Assembly: GCA_016285885.1 (NCBI GenBank) | Contig: JAEERP010000003.1 | Coordinates: 127,510-191,509 of the forward strand | DNA from: Paludibacteraceae bacterium | GTDB taxonomy: Bacteria; Bacteroidota; Bacteroidia; Bacteroidales; Paludibacteraceae | Reading direction: 5' to 3' | DNA length: 64,000 nucleotides | Shown here: positions 9,351 to 19,175 of the stretch, piece after piece | Position numbering within the stretch: position 1 is the first letter of the stretch | Layout: every line of letters starts with the position of its first letter | Position numbers and translations under genes: made by a program | The notes under the pieces: generated by a model | What the model was told of the DNA's origin: nothing | The model's database searches: none | What the model saw: the letters and a program-made list of their open reading frames with translations, nothing else

Positions 9351-12017
9351 TTATTTCAATAGTATCTTTTCCACTATCGTATTTTCATTTGTTGTAATCT
9401 TAACAAAGTAGAGATTCTTCTCCCAATTAGAGAGGTCAAATACGGAGACATCTTCGTTCACTTCCTTAACCATCAGGACTATGCCATTGGCGTCCATCAA
9501 CGACAGGCTCTTTATGGTTTGTCCATCGCCGCAAGCGACATAGAGCAGTCCGGAAGTCGGATTCGGATAGACGGCGATATCGTTGGTCACTGAGATTTCA
9601 TCGTCCACATCTGTAGGCATAGATGGCTTTGGAGCGGCATGTGGTTTTTTTTCTGTAATGTTATTTATGGTTTTTATGTATTCTCTTAATTTTTGTTTTA
9701 CAGCATTATACAGTTGCCTCCCTTTCTTCTTATTCTCATTTTCGTTCTTTCCTTTTGCTTTTGTGTCGAACATAGCGATATCTGCACATAATTCTATTCC
9801 AATAGGTTTTAGGGACTCATGTGTCAAGCGATCAATTTTTACGGAATCAAGTTCAATAGGTTTAGGTTCTGAATTAAATTTCAGGTATTCAATCATGCCA
9901 AAATTACCTTGAATTTTGTTGGCATCGTTATTTGTATCAGTATACATGAAATCATTCATTCTAAATACTACAACGGTGTTGACAAACCCCATGTCTTTAG
10001 CCTGTTCTAAACAATAGTATAAATAATCGGCATTCGTTTGCTGATTATCTTGTGTGTATCTTTTCCAAGATTTATAGGTGCTATCGGCCTCGTCTGTAAA
10101 TCCGAATTCCGTAAACCATACAGGAATTGTTTTGCCTTCGGATGTTCTGTGTCCATTGTCAATAGTGATTCTATAAATCTCCTCCACATGGCTTCCCCAA
10201 TCATCATAATTCTTACATGCACACGAGGTGTCGGGTTGTACATGATGAAATAAATAGGGATGGATATTTAGAATTTGGAAATAGTTGTTAGGATCGGCAG
10301 TTCTTTCTCTGCTACCGACTCCCGTTGGTTGTCCGATAGCAATTTTATCGTACATTCCTTTAAGGAAATCAAACGATTCTCCTGTTGTCGTGAATGCAGG
10401 CGATAGCAATTTTTTGGGATTCTCACTGAGTCTAGCGCTTTCTTTAAGAGCTTTAGAGATGTAAAAGCACAAGTCGGTTTGTATCTTATATAACAATTCG
10501 TTAGGATACTTAGCTGTCTTTGCTTCATTTATCTGGCTACGTAATAAAGATTGAGCCGTACTTTTGTTAATATCAGCAGAATATTTCACAATTGTATCTG
10601 CCTTGGAGTTGAAATCTGCTGTGCCTGGTTTCAAAGACCTCAGAACCTGCCATTTGTCACCTAGATTAACTCCAAAATCCGGTTCGTTGGATGCCTCAAA
10701 GAATTCGACATCAGGGAATGAGTCCGCTAATATTTTGAATACTTTTTCTTGGTTTTTTAGGAACCTTAAATAAGCATCGGATTCAGTGTTTGGGTTTGGA
10801 GAACACGAATAGGCATACCTTATCTGTTTTTTACCTTTCCCATTTTCCCCCTCCAAATCATTGGCACTATACCAATTAAGGCCTTCCCCATCCCAGCAGA
10901 GATAATTGGGGTAGTTTCTGTCCACAATATAACCGTCTGATACAAAACATATCCGATCGATGCCTTTGTCCTTCAATTTCGTCACAAAATCTTTTAAACT
11001 TTTCCACCCCTTTGTTTTATGGTAAACCTCACCATTTTGTATAACAAACAGGTTGTTAAAATTCATCCATACTCTAAAAGTGCTAACACCAAAAGCGGCA
11101 GCCATGTCACTAACATAATCATTGTCGGCATATTCCAACGTTGAGTGCTGGGTTGATACCTGATAACTTGGTTCACCTAAGCCGATATAGAAATCCTCTT
11201 CTGTATAGGAAACATTTCTCTTTATAGGTCTTATCGGGAGGCCTTTATAGCGGGTTGTCGAATAGCTACTAATAACGGTTTTAGTCAACTTTATACAAAC
11301 AGCTTTTGAAGGGTTGCTCTTATCAGGGTCAGAAGTCCAATAATAACCACTGTTGTTTTCCTCTAGACATGATGTGAACTCTTTCATTCCTGTCAACGGG
11401 AAAGAAATTGAATTGCCATTTATTATGGATGTAAAAGTAATAATATTATTAGATCTAGATCTAGATATGCTGCGGGTCGTGTATTTGAACAATTCCTGGA
11501 AATCCTTTTGGGATGGGATAACACAGTTTTTGCCCCATGCTTGGGTCGCCGCATCATAAACGGCAGGCAAAGAGCGTCCGCCATGTGTGTAAGATCCTAC
11601 AGTTACTGGGACTACGCAAAATAGTGGGTCCTTAAGTGTGCCACAATCCACAGAAGAGAATCCACTAAATATGACATTATTGTTAGTTTTATTAGGATCT
11701 AACAGATATATATGTTTTTGACTTTCTGGAAGTGCTTTCTTTTCATCAAAGTATGTTTCCCACGAGAAATAGGCGTCAGCCCACTTTGTTACCTTTTTAT
11801 TTTTATTTGCTTTGATTTCTCCCCATGCATAATAGGATGTGGAAGCTGACCCTAAGTTTTCTTTGGCCCACAGATTTCCACTTGGCAACCCTAAATCCAC
11901 GAACTCAATTGCATGCACACTAAATGCCACCATGCTGCTTAACGCAAGCATGATTGAAAAAAAATAACGATACATAAATTTACTTGTCGATTTAATTAAC
12001 TTTATAAATATATTCAC
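9351..12017 (-). CDS. Secreted multidomain protein: FISUMP/DUF1566-like lectin domain + clan GH-A glycoside hydrolase-like domain + T9SS type-A C-terminal sorting domain
   Basis: 888 aa. N-terminal LGLPSGNLWAKENLG...YYWTSD...GLPIRPIK. Catalytic-type motifs FFEASNEPDFG (acid/base) and VWFTEFGF (nucleophile). C-terminus VYPNPTSGLLYV...NLYFVKITT...KILLK. Visibly AT-rich compared with its neighbours. The start could instead be the downstream Met at 11975. Confidence 0.75.
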   Translation of the reverse strand: MNIFIKLIKSTSKFMYRYFFSIMLALSSMVAFSVHAIEFVDLGLPSGNLWAKENLGSASTSYYAWGEIKANKNKKVTKWADAYFSWETYFDEKKALPESQKHIYLLDPNKTNNNVIFSGFSSVDCGTLKDPLFCVVPVTVGSYTHGGRSLPAVYDAATQAWGKNCVIPSQKDFQELFKYTTRSISRSRSNNIITFTSIINGNSISFPLTGMKEFTSCLEENNSGYYWTSDPDKSNPSKAVCIKLTKTVISSYSTTRYKGLPIRPIKRNVSYTEEDFYIGLGEPSYQVSTQHSTLEYADNDYVSDMAAAFGVSTFRVWMNFNNLFVIQNGEVYHKTKGWKSLKDFVTKLKDKGIDRICFVSDGYIVDRNYPNYLCWDGEGLNWYSANDLEGENGKGKKQIRYAYSCSPNPNTESDAYLRFLKNQEKVFKILADSFPDVEFFEASNEPDFGVNLGDKWQVLRSLKPGTADFNSKADTIVKYSADINKSTAQSLLRSQINEAKTAKYPNELLYKIQTDLCFYISKALKESARLSENPKKLLSPAFTTTGESFDFLKGMYDKIAIGQPTGVGSRERTADPNNYFQILNIHPYLFHHVQPDTSCACKNYDDWGSHVEEIYRITIDNGHRTSEGKTIPVWFTEFGFTDEADSTYKSWKRYTQDNQQTNADYLYYCLEQAKDMGFVNTVVVFRMNDFMYTDTNNDANKIQGNFGMIEYLKFNSEPKPIELDSVKIDRLTHESLKPIGIELCADIAMFDTKAKGKNENENKKKGRQLYNAVKQKLREYIKTINNITEKKPHAAPKPSMPTDVDDEISVTNDIAVYPNPTSGLLYVACGDGQTIKSLSLMDANGIVLMVKEVNEDVSVFDLSNWEKNLYFVKITTNENTIVEKILLK

Positions 12018-12261
12018 ACTGAAGTTTTGTATCTGTTTGATTCCTATTGTTTTAAATAAAAAACAAATATTCTATTTATAGATATTCGTAACTTTGATGC
12101 GAAGTTTATAAAAGTTATTGTGATTCGCAAATAAATTATATGAAAATTACATAAACAGCACATGTGCTTCGGTGATTCGTTTGGTGGGTTGATGTAATAT
12201 TGACGAAATCTATCGTGGGAGTTGCCGGTTACTCATTCGTCTCTTGTTTTACCATTCCAAA

Positions 12262-13626
12262 TCACTTATCATAGTACTCGAGTTCGTATATGGAGCCGTT
12301 CTTAAATTCGCCTTTCTCGTAGGTGAGGATCTCCGTGGCGTTTGTGTGGCTATCGGTTTTAGACAATGTGGCACGAAACACTTTCCCTTCGTGGTAAACC
12401 TCGCTTTTAGTGGGGCGGTTATACCCTTCGTAGCGGGCGGCCATGGCGAGATGGCAGTCGCCGTATGCGTCGCAGGAAGTGTAGGCGGTTTTGTTCCCCC
12501 ATTGGTCGTATTCGAAGATGGCTTTGGAGTCCGCCCATGGCTCGTCCACATATTCGTATGGCGAGACGAAGATCACGTCTTCGTCCGAATCGGTGCTAGT
12601 CACCTTCTTGCGGTACTTGTCGCCTCTGCCGTAGTAAGTGGTGACCGACGTCTCTTTCCCGTTCTTGTATTCCCAGACCCGTTTTTTCCAGTTACCATCA
12701 CTTTCCCTCACGAGCGATTCTAGTTGGTTGTCCTCCGCATCGTAGGTGTAGATGATTTCCTTCCCCTTCTCGTTTGGCTTGGAAATGCTACATTTCATCA
12801 ATCTCACCTCCCTGCCAGCCTGGTCATATTCCACGGAATCCTTGCGGTCCTCCCGCATGTCATAGGTGCACACGACACGTCCCGAATCATCATAGAGACG
12901 CGATTCGACGAGCCCTGCCACCTGTTTGTAATGCTTCCTACAGTGCAATTTCCCCGAGTTGTTGTATTCGTATGTGAACCGGGATTCTCCGTTCCATTCT
13001 TGTTCTACCCTTTCAACGATTTTACCCTCCATGTCGAATGTGTTGTGGATGACCGAATAGGGGACGCATTTGTTCTCCGAGTGGGAGTAGCTGGCATAGA
13101 CCGAGTCAAGCATGTTCCCCTGCTTGTCGTAGGTTATCTTCAACTCGCTGTAGGGTATGTCTTGCGCATGGTTATAGCAGTTTGAACTGATCAGTCTATT
13201 CTTTTGGTCATAGGAGTTCTTTTTCTCCATGCTCAGTTTGCCTCTCTTGAATACCTGTTCCTCGGTCAATAGATTCTTCCCCTTGAATTTGCGTAACGTT
13301 TGTTCGTAGACGACAGAGTCTGAATTGATGTACGTCTCCTCGATGCAATCACCGTTTTTGTCGTAGCGCATGATTCTCTTTTTCCATGGACAAGCGTATT
13401 CCGTAAGCTGTTTTTCCTTGTTGAACCTCCACGAGTTTATCACCTGGTCCTTCTGCGGCCGGTCCTTCACCCATTTCACGGAGTATTGGGTCACTGATTT
13501 TACATTCCCGACGAATCCGGCTCTTTCGACGTCGTTCTCCTTTTCGGGGTGAGGGAATTCGGACTGCGCATTTATTGATGTGCAGAATGCAAATACGGAA
13601 AGAATAAATAAATGTCTGAAATCCAT
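12262..13626 (-). CDS. Secreted hypothetical protein with repeated YD / YwqK-MORN-like beta-hairpin motifs
   Basis: 454 aa. Signal peptide MDFRHLFILSVFAFCTSINAQ. Recurring motifs: ITYDKQGNM, VEYDQAGRE, YTYDAEDNQ, FEYDQWGNK. Confidence 0.65.
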   Translation of the reverse strand: MDFRHLFILSVFAFCTSINAQSEFPHPEKENDVERAGFVGNVKSVTQYSVKWVKDRPQKDQVINSWRFNKEKQLTEYACPWKKRIMRYDKNGDCIEETYINSDSVVYEQTLRKFKGKNLLTEEQVFKRGKLSMEKKNSYDQKNRLISSNCYNHAQDIPYSELKITYDKQGNMLDSVYASYSHSENKCVPYSVIHNTFDMEGKIVERVEQEWNGESRFTYEYNNSGKLHCRKHYKQVAGLVESRLYDDSGRVVCTYDMREDRKDSVEYDQAGREVRLMKCSISKPNEKGKEIIYTYDAEDNQLESLVRESDGNWKKRVWEYKNGKETSVTTYYGRGDKYRKKVTSTDSDEDVIFVSPYEYVDEPWADSKAIFEYDQWGNKTAYTSCDAYGDCHLAMAARYEGYNRPTKSEVYHEGKVFRATLSKTDSHTNATEILTYEKGEFKNGSIYELEYYDK

Positions 13627-14110
13627 AACAATTGCTTTTTCAATGGGTATTGGAACTCACCTTAATGTAATAGTGCAAATGTAAGAAAAAGGGTTGAAGC
13701 CACAATATGGCGGCTCAGCTTCTTTTTGCGTGTTATATATCACTGATAATGAATTGTTTAAAAATTTGCTACTGATTGATATGATAGTAAATACAAACAA
13801 TTCTATATATTTTTATCACAAATTAGACATATTAATATCAAACAAACATAAATACATTACGAAATATGCGCATTGTGCTATTTTTCGCACGCATAAATTT
13901 GCATTTTAAAAAATTTTAAGTTATCTTCGTTATATACGAAATGAGATAATAAAATATAGATGTGATATATGTGACATGAGAACGACAATAAATGGAAAGT
14001 GAAGTTTACGAATAAAGGGTATGTATTTTTAATTTTTTAGTTATGAGTTTTAATTTGTAGGGAGGAGTTTCGATGGCATCGGGACTCCTCCAAAAATTTG
14101 ATGCGGGTAG

Positions 14111-14154
14111 GATTTACGATTTAGCTATTTACGATTTACCATTTGCCATTTACG
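14111..14154. repeat. Heptamer-periodic array, ATTTACG orientation
   Basis: GATTTACGATTTAGCTATTTACGATTTACCATTTGCCATTTACG. Confidence 0.8.
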
Positions 14155-14182
14155 TCGGGTATGTTAGGAGGAGTATAGGAAT

Positions 14183-14213
14183 AAAAAAAGTGCGGACACC
14201 TAAGCGCCCGCAC
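14183..14213 (-). terminator. Rho-independent terminator of the 14238..14684 gene
   Basis: On the minus strand, GTGCGGGCGCTTAGGTGTCCGCAC is followed by TTTTTTT. Confidence 0.75.
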
Positions 14214-14237
14214 CTCGTTTCCTGTAATCAAGAAAGA

Positions 14238-14684
14238 TTATTCAGCGATTTCAACGATGTGAGTGATTTTCTCCTTAGCATCGTCCAACCAGTAGCTAAC
14301 CTTCTTGTTGTTCAAGATTGATTTCTCGATGTTAGCGAAAGGTATCGTGTCGAATGCGCCGTCCTTGATAAGGATTACTTGAGCGTCGTTGGTCAAGAAG
14401 ATCTTCTTGAGGTCGCCAGTAGTTTCGCCATTAGCGTCAGTGTCCTTCAAGTTAAGAGTCCAACCACCGTCAGCCTCTTCGTGCAAACCGAAAGACTTAG
14501 CTGCGATACTGTTCTCCTGCAAGAAGTTGTTTACAGCCTCAACAGCGGCGGTAGCTGCGCTTTCTGCAGCGTCAGCAGCAGCCTCGACAGTCTCTTGAGC
14601 TTCGTTCTCTACCTTCTTTTGTTCCTTTTTACAACCTGCCATGATGAGAGCCAAGCAACCCATCAAAAGAAAAATCTTTTTCAT
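14238..14684 (-). CDS. Small lipoprotein, unknown function
   Basis: 148 aa. Lipobox LALIMAGC, followed by an Ala/Glu-rich linker. Confidence 0.75.
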   Translation of the reverse strand: MKKIFLLMGCLALIMAGCKKEQKKVENEAQETVEAAADAAESAATAAVEAVNNFLQENSIAAKSFGLHEEADGGWTLNLKDTDANGETTGDLKKIFLTNDAQVILIKDGAFDTIPFANIEKSILNNKKVSYWLDDAKEKITHIVEIAE

Positions 14685-14728
14685 TGTACTAAAATTTAAT
14701 GATTTATAAAATTGATTATTGTTTCTGA

Positions 14729-15385
14729 TTATTTAACGAACACTGTATCGATAGCGCCCTTAGCGATCTTTTGGTTAGAAACCAAAGAAGCGGAAACCAA
14801 CTTTGTTGTTCCACCCTTCAAGGCGAACAATACCTTTGTAGGGTCAGCCTCAGCGTCAGCCATCTTGATCTCCTTGTAGTCGTTGCTGATGTAAGAAGCG
14901 GCTTGGTCAGCCAACTCGATGACGTCGCCGTCCACTTGGATCGTCACAGCGCCAGCCTTTGCGTCCAACACATTGACTTCGCCAGTCTTTCCGAGGTGGT
15001 TGAAGCGAACCATGGTAGAATCCTTCAGGCCTGATAATTCCAATTCCTTGCTGCCTTGAGCGAAAGTAGTCTCGTTAGCAGGACCGCTGATAGCGGAGTT
15101 TGAGCTCTCTGTCGGAGAGATGAGTGTCGTAGACTTTGCGCCCAATGCCAACAATACGCCAGCAGGGTTAGCCTCTGCCTTAGCCTTGTTGATAGCCTCC
15201 AAAGAAGTGCTCAAGTAAGAGCATCCGGCGTCGGACAAGTTGATCGTCTTTCCGTCGATGATGAAAGTAACGTTACCAGCAGCGATTTTGCCCGCTACGA
15301 TCTTGATTGCTCCTGCATAGTTCGCATTGTTGCATGCGATGATGTCGTTGGCGCCGAATTTTGCTAAATCGATTGAATTTGCCAT
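14729..15385 (-). CDS. Hypothetical cytoplasmic protein with an internal two-fold domain duplication
   Basis: 218 aa with no signal peptide. The halves align: VTFIIDGKTINLSDAGCSYLSTSLEAINKAKAEANPAGVLLALGAKSTTLIS against VTIQVDGDVIELADQAASYISNDYKEIKMADAEADPTKVLFALKGGTTKLVS. Confidence 0.7.
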   Translation of the reverse strand: MANSIDLAKFGANDIIACNNANYAGAIKIVAGKIAAGNVTFIIDGKTINLSDAGCSYLSTSLEAINKAKAEANPAGVLLALGAKSTTLISPTESSNSAISGPANETTFAQGSKELELSGLKDSTMVRFNHLGKTGEVNVLDAKAGAVTIQVDGDVIELADQAASYISNDYKEIKMADAEADPTKVLFALKGGTTKLVSASLVSNQKIAKGAIDTVFVK

Positions 15386-15761
15386 CTTTCTATAAGCGTT
15401 TAAAAGTTAAAAAATATATGTTCTTCAATATCGAAATTATCGGGTCACTAAATTATGAATATATTATGAGAATTCAAAATTAAAAGAAAGTATTTCTTTT
15501 TTCTTTGATATATTTAGTTTTTAGACTCTCTGACCTATATTTTGTCTTTCATGAAGATGCAATAGGGAAGAAAAGCTTTAATGTAATGAATAACAATACC
15601 TCCTACTTTAGACTAAACTTTTAACACATTTTTATTGGCGGCAAAGGATTCTCCTAATGTATTGCCAAATATTCGTCATTCCATCCATACACATTACTCG
15701 TTTGCAAAGTAGCTGATTTAAATTGAGAATAACAAGCATATCCGATAGTTTTTTAGTCATG

Positions 15762-15836
15762 AAATAGCAAATCGCATATAGCTAAATAGGAAAATAGTAA
15801 ATCGTAAATAGTTAAATCGTAAATAATCGTAATAAA
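15762..15836. repeat. Heptamer-periodic array, AAATAGN/AAATCGN orientation (inverse of the 14111 array)
   Basis: AAATAGCAAATCGCATATAGCTAAATAGGAAAATAGTAAATCGTAAATAGTTAAATCGTAAATAATCG. Confidence 0.8.
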
Positions 15837-15969
15837 TCCCCATGACCATCCACCCTCCCAGCCGATTTTTATTTCTTAACTCTTAATTTCCCAGCCAGTT
15901 GCCCGCATATCGTTTTTTATGAGTATCTTTGCGCCGGAATTTTTTTTGCGCAATAATTGATTCGATAAT

Positions 15970-17268
15970 ATGAAGTACTACAGTACCAACAAACAAGCGG
16001 ACAAAGCCACGCTGCAAGAGGCGGTGGTGAAGGGATTGGCCTCTGACAGGGGCTTGTTCATGCCCGAAGTAATCAAACAGTTACCTGCTTCCTTCTTCGA
16101 TAAGATGAAGGACATGTCTTTCCAAGAGATCGCCTACGTGGTGGCGGACGCCTTCTTTGGGGAGGATGTGGACGCGGAGTCGCTGAAGAAGATCGTGTAT
16201 GACACTTTGAGCTTCGATGTGCCTCTGGTGCACGTCAACGACCATATTTTCAGCTTGGAGCTCTTCCACGGACCTACCTTGGCATTCAAGGACGTGGGCG
16301 CCCGCTTCATGTCCCGCCTGTTGGGCTACTTCATCAAGAAGGAGGGCCAGAAGGAGGTGAACGTGCTGGTGGCTACCTCCGGCGACACGGGTTCGGCTGT
16401 GGCGAACGGATTCCTCGGTGTGGAGGGCATCCACGTCTACGTGCTCTACCCGAAAGGAAAGGTGAGCCCGATCCAGGAGTGCCAGTTCACTACCTTGGGC
16501 AAGAACATCACCGCCTTGGAGATCGACGGCGTGTTCGACGATTGCCAGGCGCTTGTGAAGTCCGCCTTCATGGATAAGGACCTGAACAACCACATGAAGC
16601 TCACTTCCGCCAATTCGATCAACGTGGCCCGTTTCTTGCCGCAGGCGTTCTACTACTTCTACGCAGTGGCGCAATTGCATAAGTTGGGCATCAAGGATAA
16701 CATCGTGATCTGTGTGCCTTCGGGCAACTTCGGCAACATCACCGCAGGCCTCTTCGGTAAGCGCATGGGTATGCCGGTCAGCCGTTTCATCGCGGCCAAC
16801 AACCGCAACGACATCTTCTTCAACTACTTGAAGAGCGGCAAATACGAGCCGAAACCTTCCGTCCAGACCATCGCCAACGCCATGGATGTGGGCGACCCAA
16901 GCAACTTCGCTCGCGTGTTGGCGCTCTACGGTTCGCACGAGGCCATCTGCAAGGACATCGCGGGTTGCACCTACACGGACGAGCAGATCCGTGAGACACT
17001 GAAGAATTGTTACCAACAACATAAATACCTCCTCGACCCTCACGGTGCGGTGGGCTACCGCGCGTTGTGCGAGTACCTGAAGCCGAATGAGGTGGGTGTC
17101 TTTCTGGAGACGGCCCATCCGGCTAAGTTCAAGGACACCGTGGAGGCGATCATCGGAGAGCCTGTCGTGATCCCTGCCAAGCTGCAGGAGTTCATGAAGG
17201 GTAAGAAACAAAGCATCGAATTGCCTAAAACATTCGAGACATTCAAATCCTATCTGATGGCGCAATGA
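15970..17268 (+). CDS. thrC: Threonine synthase
   Basis: 432 aa. FHGPTLAFKDVGARF (PLP lysine motif), TSGDTGSA, and typical length. Confidence 0.95.
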   Translation: MKYYSTNKQADKATLQEAVVKGLASDRGLFMPEVIKQLPASFFDKMKDMSFQEIAYVVADAFFGEDVDAESLKKIVYDTLSFDVPLVHVNDHIFSLELFHGPTLAFKDVGARFMSRLLGYFIKKEGQKEVNVLVATSGDTGSAVANGFLGVEGIHVYVLYPKGKVSPIQECQFTTLGKNITALEIDGVFDDCQALVKSAFMDKDLNNHMKLTSANSINVARFLPQAFYYFYAVAQLHKLGIKDNIVICVPSGNFGNITAGLFGKRMGMPVSRFIAANNRNDIFFNYLKSGKYEPKPSVQTIANAMDVGDPSNFARVLALYGSHEAICKDIAGCTYTDEQIRETLKNCYQQHKYLLDPHGAVGYRALCEYLKPNEVGVFLETAHPAKFKDTVEAIIGEPVVIPAKLQEFMKGKKQSIELPKTFETFKSYLMAQ

Positions 17269-17867
17269 AAGTAGTGATCATTAAATACAACGCGGGCAAT
17301 ATCTTCTCGGTAGACTATGCGATGAAGCGCTTAGGCGTGGAGGCGGAGATCACGGGCGACATCGAGAAGATCAAGGCGGCCGATAAGGTGATTTTCCCGG
17401 GCGTGGGTGAGGCGGAGACGACGATGAAGTACCTCCGTGAGCACCGCTTGGACGAGGTGATCCGTGGCTTGAAACAGCCTACGTTGGGCATCTGCATCGG
17501 CATGCAACTCATGTGCAAATCCTCCGAGGAGGCGGCCTCCGGCAATGTGGAGTGCCTCGGCATCTTCGATGAGGAGGTGAAACTGTTCATCCCTGACGCG
17601 CACATCAGCAAGGTGCCCCACATGGGCTGGAACACCGTGGCGGCGAAGGAGAACCCTCTCTTCAAGGGCTTGCCGGCCGACCCGTACTTCTACTACGTGC
17701 ACAGCTACTACGCTACGGTAGGCAAAGACACCATCGCCACGACAGACTATATCCACCCATACAGCGCCGCACTCGCCAAAGAGAATTTCTATGCGGTGCA
17801 GTTCCACCCTGAAAAGAGTGGCTCGGTGGGCGAAACGGTTTTGAAAAACTTCTTGGAATTATGCTAG
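17265..17867 (+). CDS. hisH: Imidazole glycerol phosphate synthase, glutamine amidotransferase subunit
   Basis: 200 aa. GICIGMQLM (Cys nucleophile), HSYY, QFHPEKS. ATGA overlap with the thrC stop. Confidence 0.93.
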   Translation: MKVVIIKYNAGNIFSVDYAMKRLGVEAEITGDIEKIKAADKVIFPGVGEAETTMKYLREHRLDEVIRGLKQPTLGICIGMQLMCKSSEEAASGNVECLGIFDEEVKLFIPDAHISKVPHMGWNTVAAKENPLFKGLPADPYFYYVHSYYATVGKDTIATTDYIHPYSAALAKENFYAVQFHPEKSGSVGETVLKNFLELC

Positions 17868-18622
17868 CGAAACGTATCATACCTTGCCTTGACATCAAAG
17901 ACGGGCAGACCGTCAAAGGCATCAACTTCGTGAATATACGCAATGTGGGCGACCCTGTGGAGCTGGGCGCGGAATATAGCCGCCAAGGCGCTGACGAGCT
18001 TGTCTTCCTCGACATCACCGCCTCGCACGAGGGGCGCAAGACCTTCGTGGACTTGGTGAAGCGCATCGCCGCCCATATCTCCATCCCCTTCACGGTGGGT
18101 GGTGGCATCCATGAGCTGAAGGATGTGGATACGCTATTGGGGGCAGGTGCGGATAAGGTATCCATCAACTCCGCGGCGATCAAGAACCCTGACCTGATCT
18201 CGGAGGTGGCGAAGAACTTCGGCAGCCAAGTCTGCACGGTGGCCATCGACGCCAAGCTGGACGAGAGCGGGGAATGGACCTGCTACCTGAACGGCGGACG
18301 TGTGCCGACGGAGAAGAAACTCTTCTCCTGGGCGAAAGAGGCGCAGGAGCGTGGCGCGGGTGAGATCCTCTTCACCAGCATGAACCATGACGGTGTGAAG
18401 CAAGGCTTCGCCAATGAGGCGCTTGCCAAGCTATCCGATAGCCTATCCATCCCTGTCATCGCCTCAGGCGGCGCAGGCAACATGGAGCACTTCAAGGACG
18501 TCTTCGAGCAAGGAAAGGCGGACGCTGCCCTGGCGGCCTCCATCTTCCACTTCCATGAGATCGCTATCCCAGACCTAAAGCAATACCTTGCGAAGGAAGG
18601 CATCCCCATGCGCATCGTATAA
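17861..18622 (+). CDS. hisF: Imidazole glycerol phosphate synthase, cyclase subunit
   Basis: 253 aa. [13 protein letters not shown]...[13 protein letters not shown]...TVGGGI. Overlaps hisH by 7 nt. Confidence 0.95.
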   Translation: MLAKRIIPCLDIKDGQTVKGINFVNIRNVGDPVELGAEYSRQGADELVFLDITASHEGRKTFVDLVKRIAAHISIPFTVGGGIHELKDVDTLLGAGADKVSINSAAIKNPDLISEVAKNFGSQVCTVAIDAKLDESGEWTCYLNGGRVPTEKKLFSWAKEAQERGAGEILFTSMNHDGVKQGFANEALAKLSDSLSIPVIASGGAGNMEHFKDVFEQGKADAALAASIFHFHEIAIPDLKQYLAKEGIPMRIV

Positions 18623-18655
18623 GTAATTCATAATTCAAAATTCATAATTCCCACC

Positions 18656-19165
18656 ATGGTTGAATATTTCCCTGTCATCGATGAGGATGGTAACGTAATA
18701 GACCGGGCCACTCGCCAAGAGTGCCACAACGGTTCCAAGATACTCCATGCGGCCGTGCACCTGCACGTCTTCAACAAGGAGGGTGACCTATACATGCAGA
18801 AACGCGCCGATTGGAAGGATATCCAACCCGGCAAGTGGGACACCGCAGTGGGTGGCCACATCGACTTCGGCGAGAGCGTCGAGATCGCCCTGCTACGCGA
18901 GGCGCGCGAGGAGCTGGGGCTGGAGAACATCCAACCCGAACGTCTCTTTAACTACATCTGGGAAAGCCCGAGGGAGCGCGAGATGATCTACGTGCACCGC
19001 ATCACGTATGACGGAGAACCGCAGCCAGACCATTCCGAGGTGGTGGACGGCAGGTTCTGGAAGATCTCTGAGATCGAGGAGAGCCTCGGCAAGGATGTCT
19101 TCACCCCTAATTTCGAACTGGATTTCAAGAAGCTGAAGGAAGTGGGCGCTATCACTTCCAAATAG
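18656..19165 (+). CDS. NUDIX hydrolase
   Basis: 169 aa. Nudix box GGHIDFGESVEIALLREAREELGL. Confidence 0.9.
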   Translation: MVEYFPVIDEDGNVIDRATRQECHNGSKILHAAVHLHVFNKEGDLYMQKRADWKDIQPGKWDTAVGGHIDFGESVEIALLREAREELGLENIQPERLFNYIWESPREREMIYVHRITYDGEPQPDHSEVVDGRFWKISEIEESLGKDVFTPNFELDFKKLKEVGAITSK

Positions 19166-19175
19166 ATATAAAAGC

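Noticed and set aside
13627-14070. An AT-rich 440-bp spacer containing a 71-aa ORF (13694..13909).
   Set aside because: The ORF is low-complexity (Ile/Asn/Lys/Phe-rich), with no ribosome-binding context or motif. It is most likely non-coding spacer.
16081-17265. A 394-aa ORF antisense to thrC. Similar long antisense ORFs occur at 3454..4368, 26956..27654, 29698..30561, 30600..31271 and 38512..39576.
   Set aside because: Each lies fully inside a confidently identified gene on the opposite strand and has an Arg/His/Leu/Val-rich, low-complexity composition. This is typical of shadow ORFs in GC3-rich genes. None has recognisable motifs.
17265-18622. Considered whether hisH/hisF are glycan-pathway paralogs (WbuY/WbuZ or PseA-type), given the missing hisA.
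   Set aside because: HisF carries the canonical [18 protein letters not shown] and TVGGGI motifs, and HisH the canonical GICIGMQ / QFHPEKS motifs. A firm decision still needs phylogeny.
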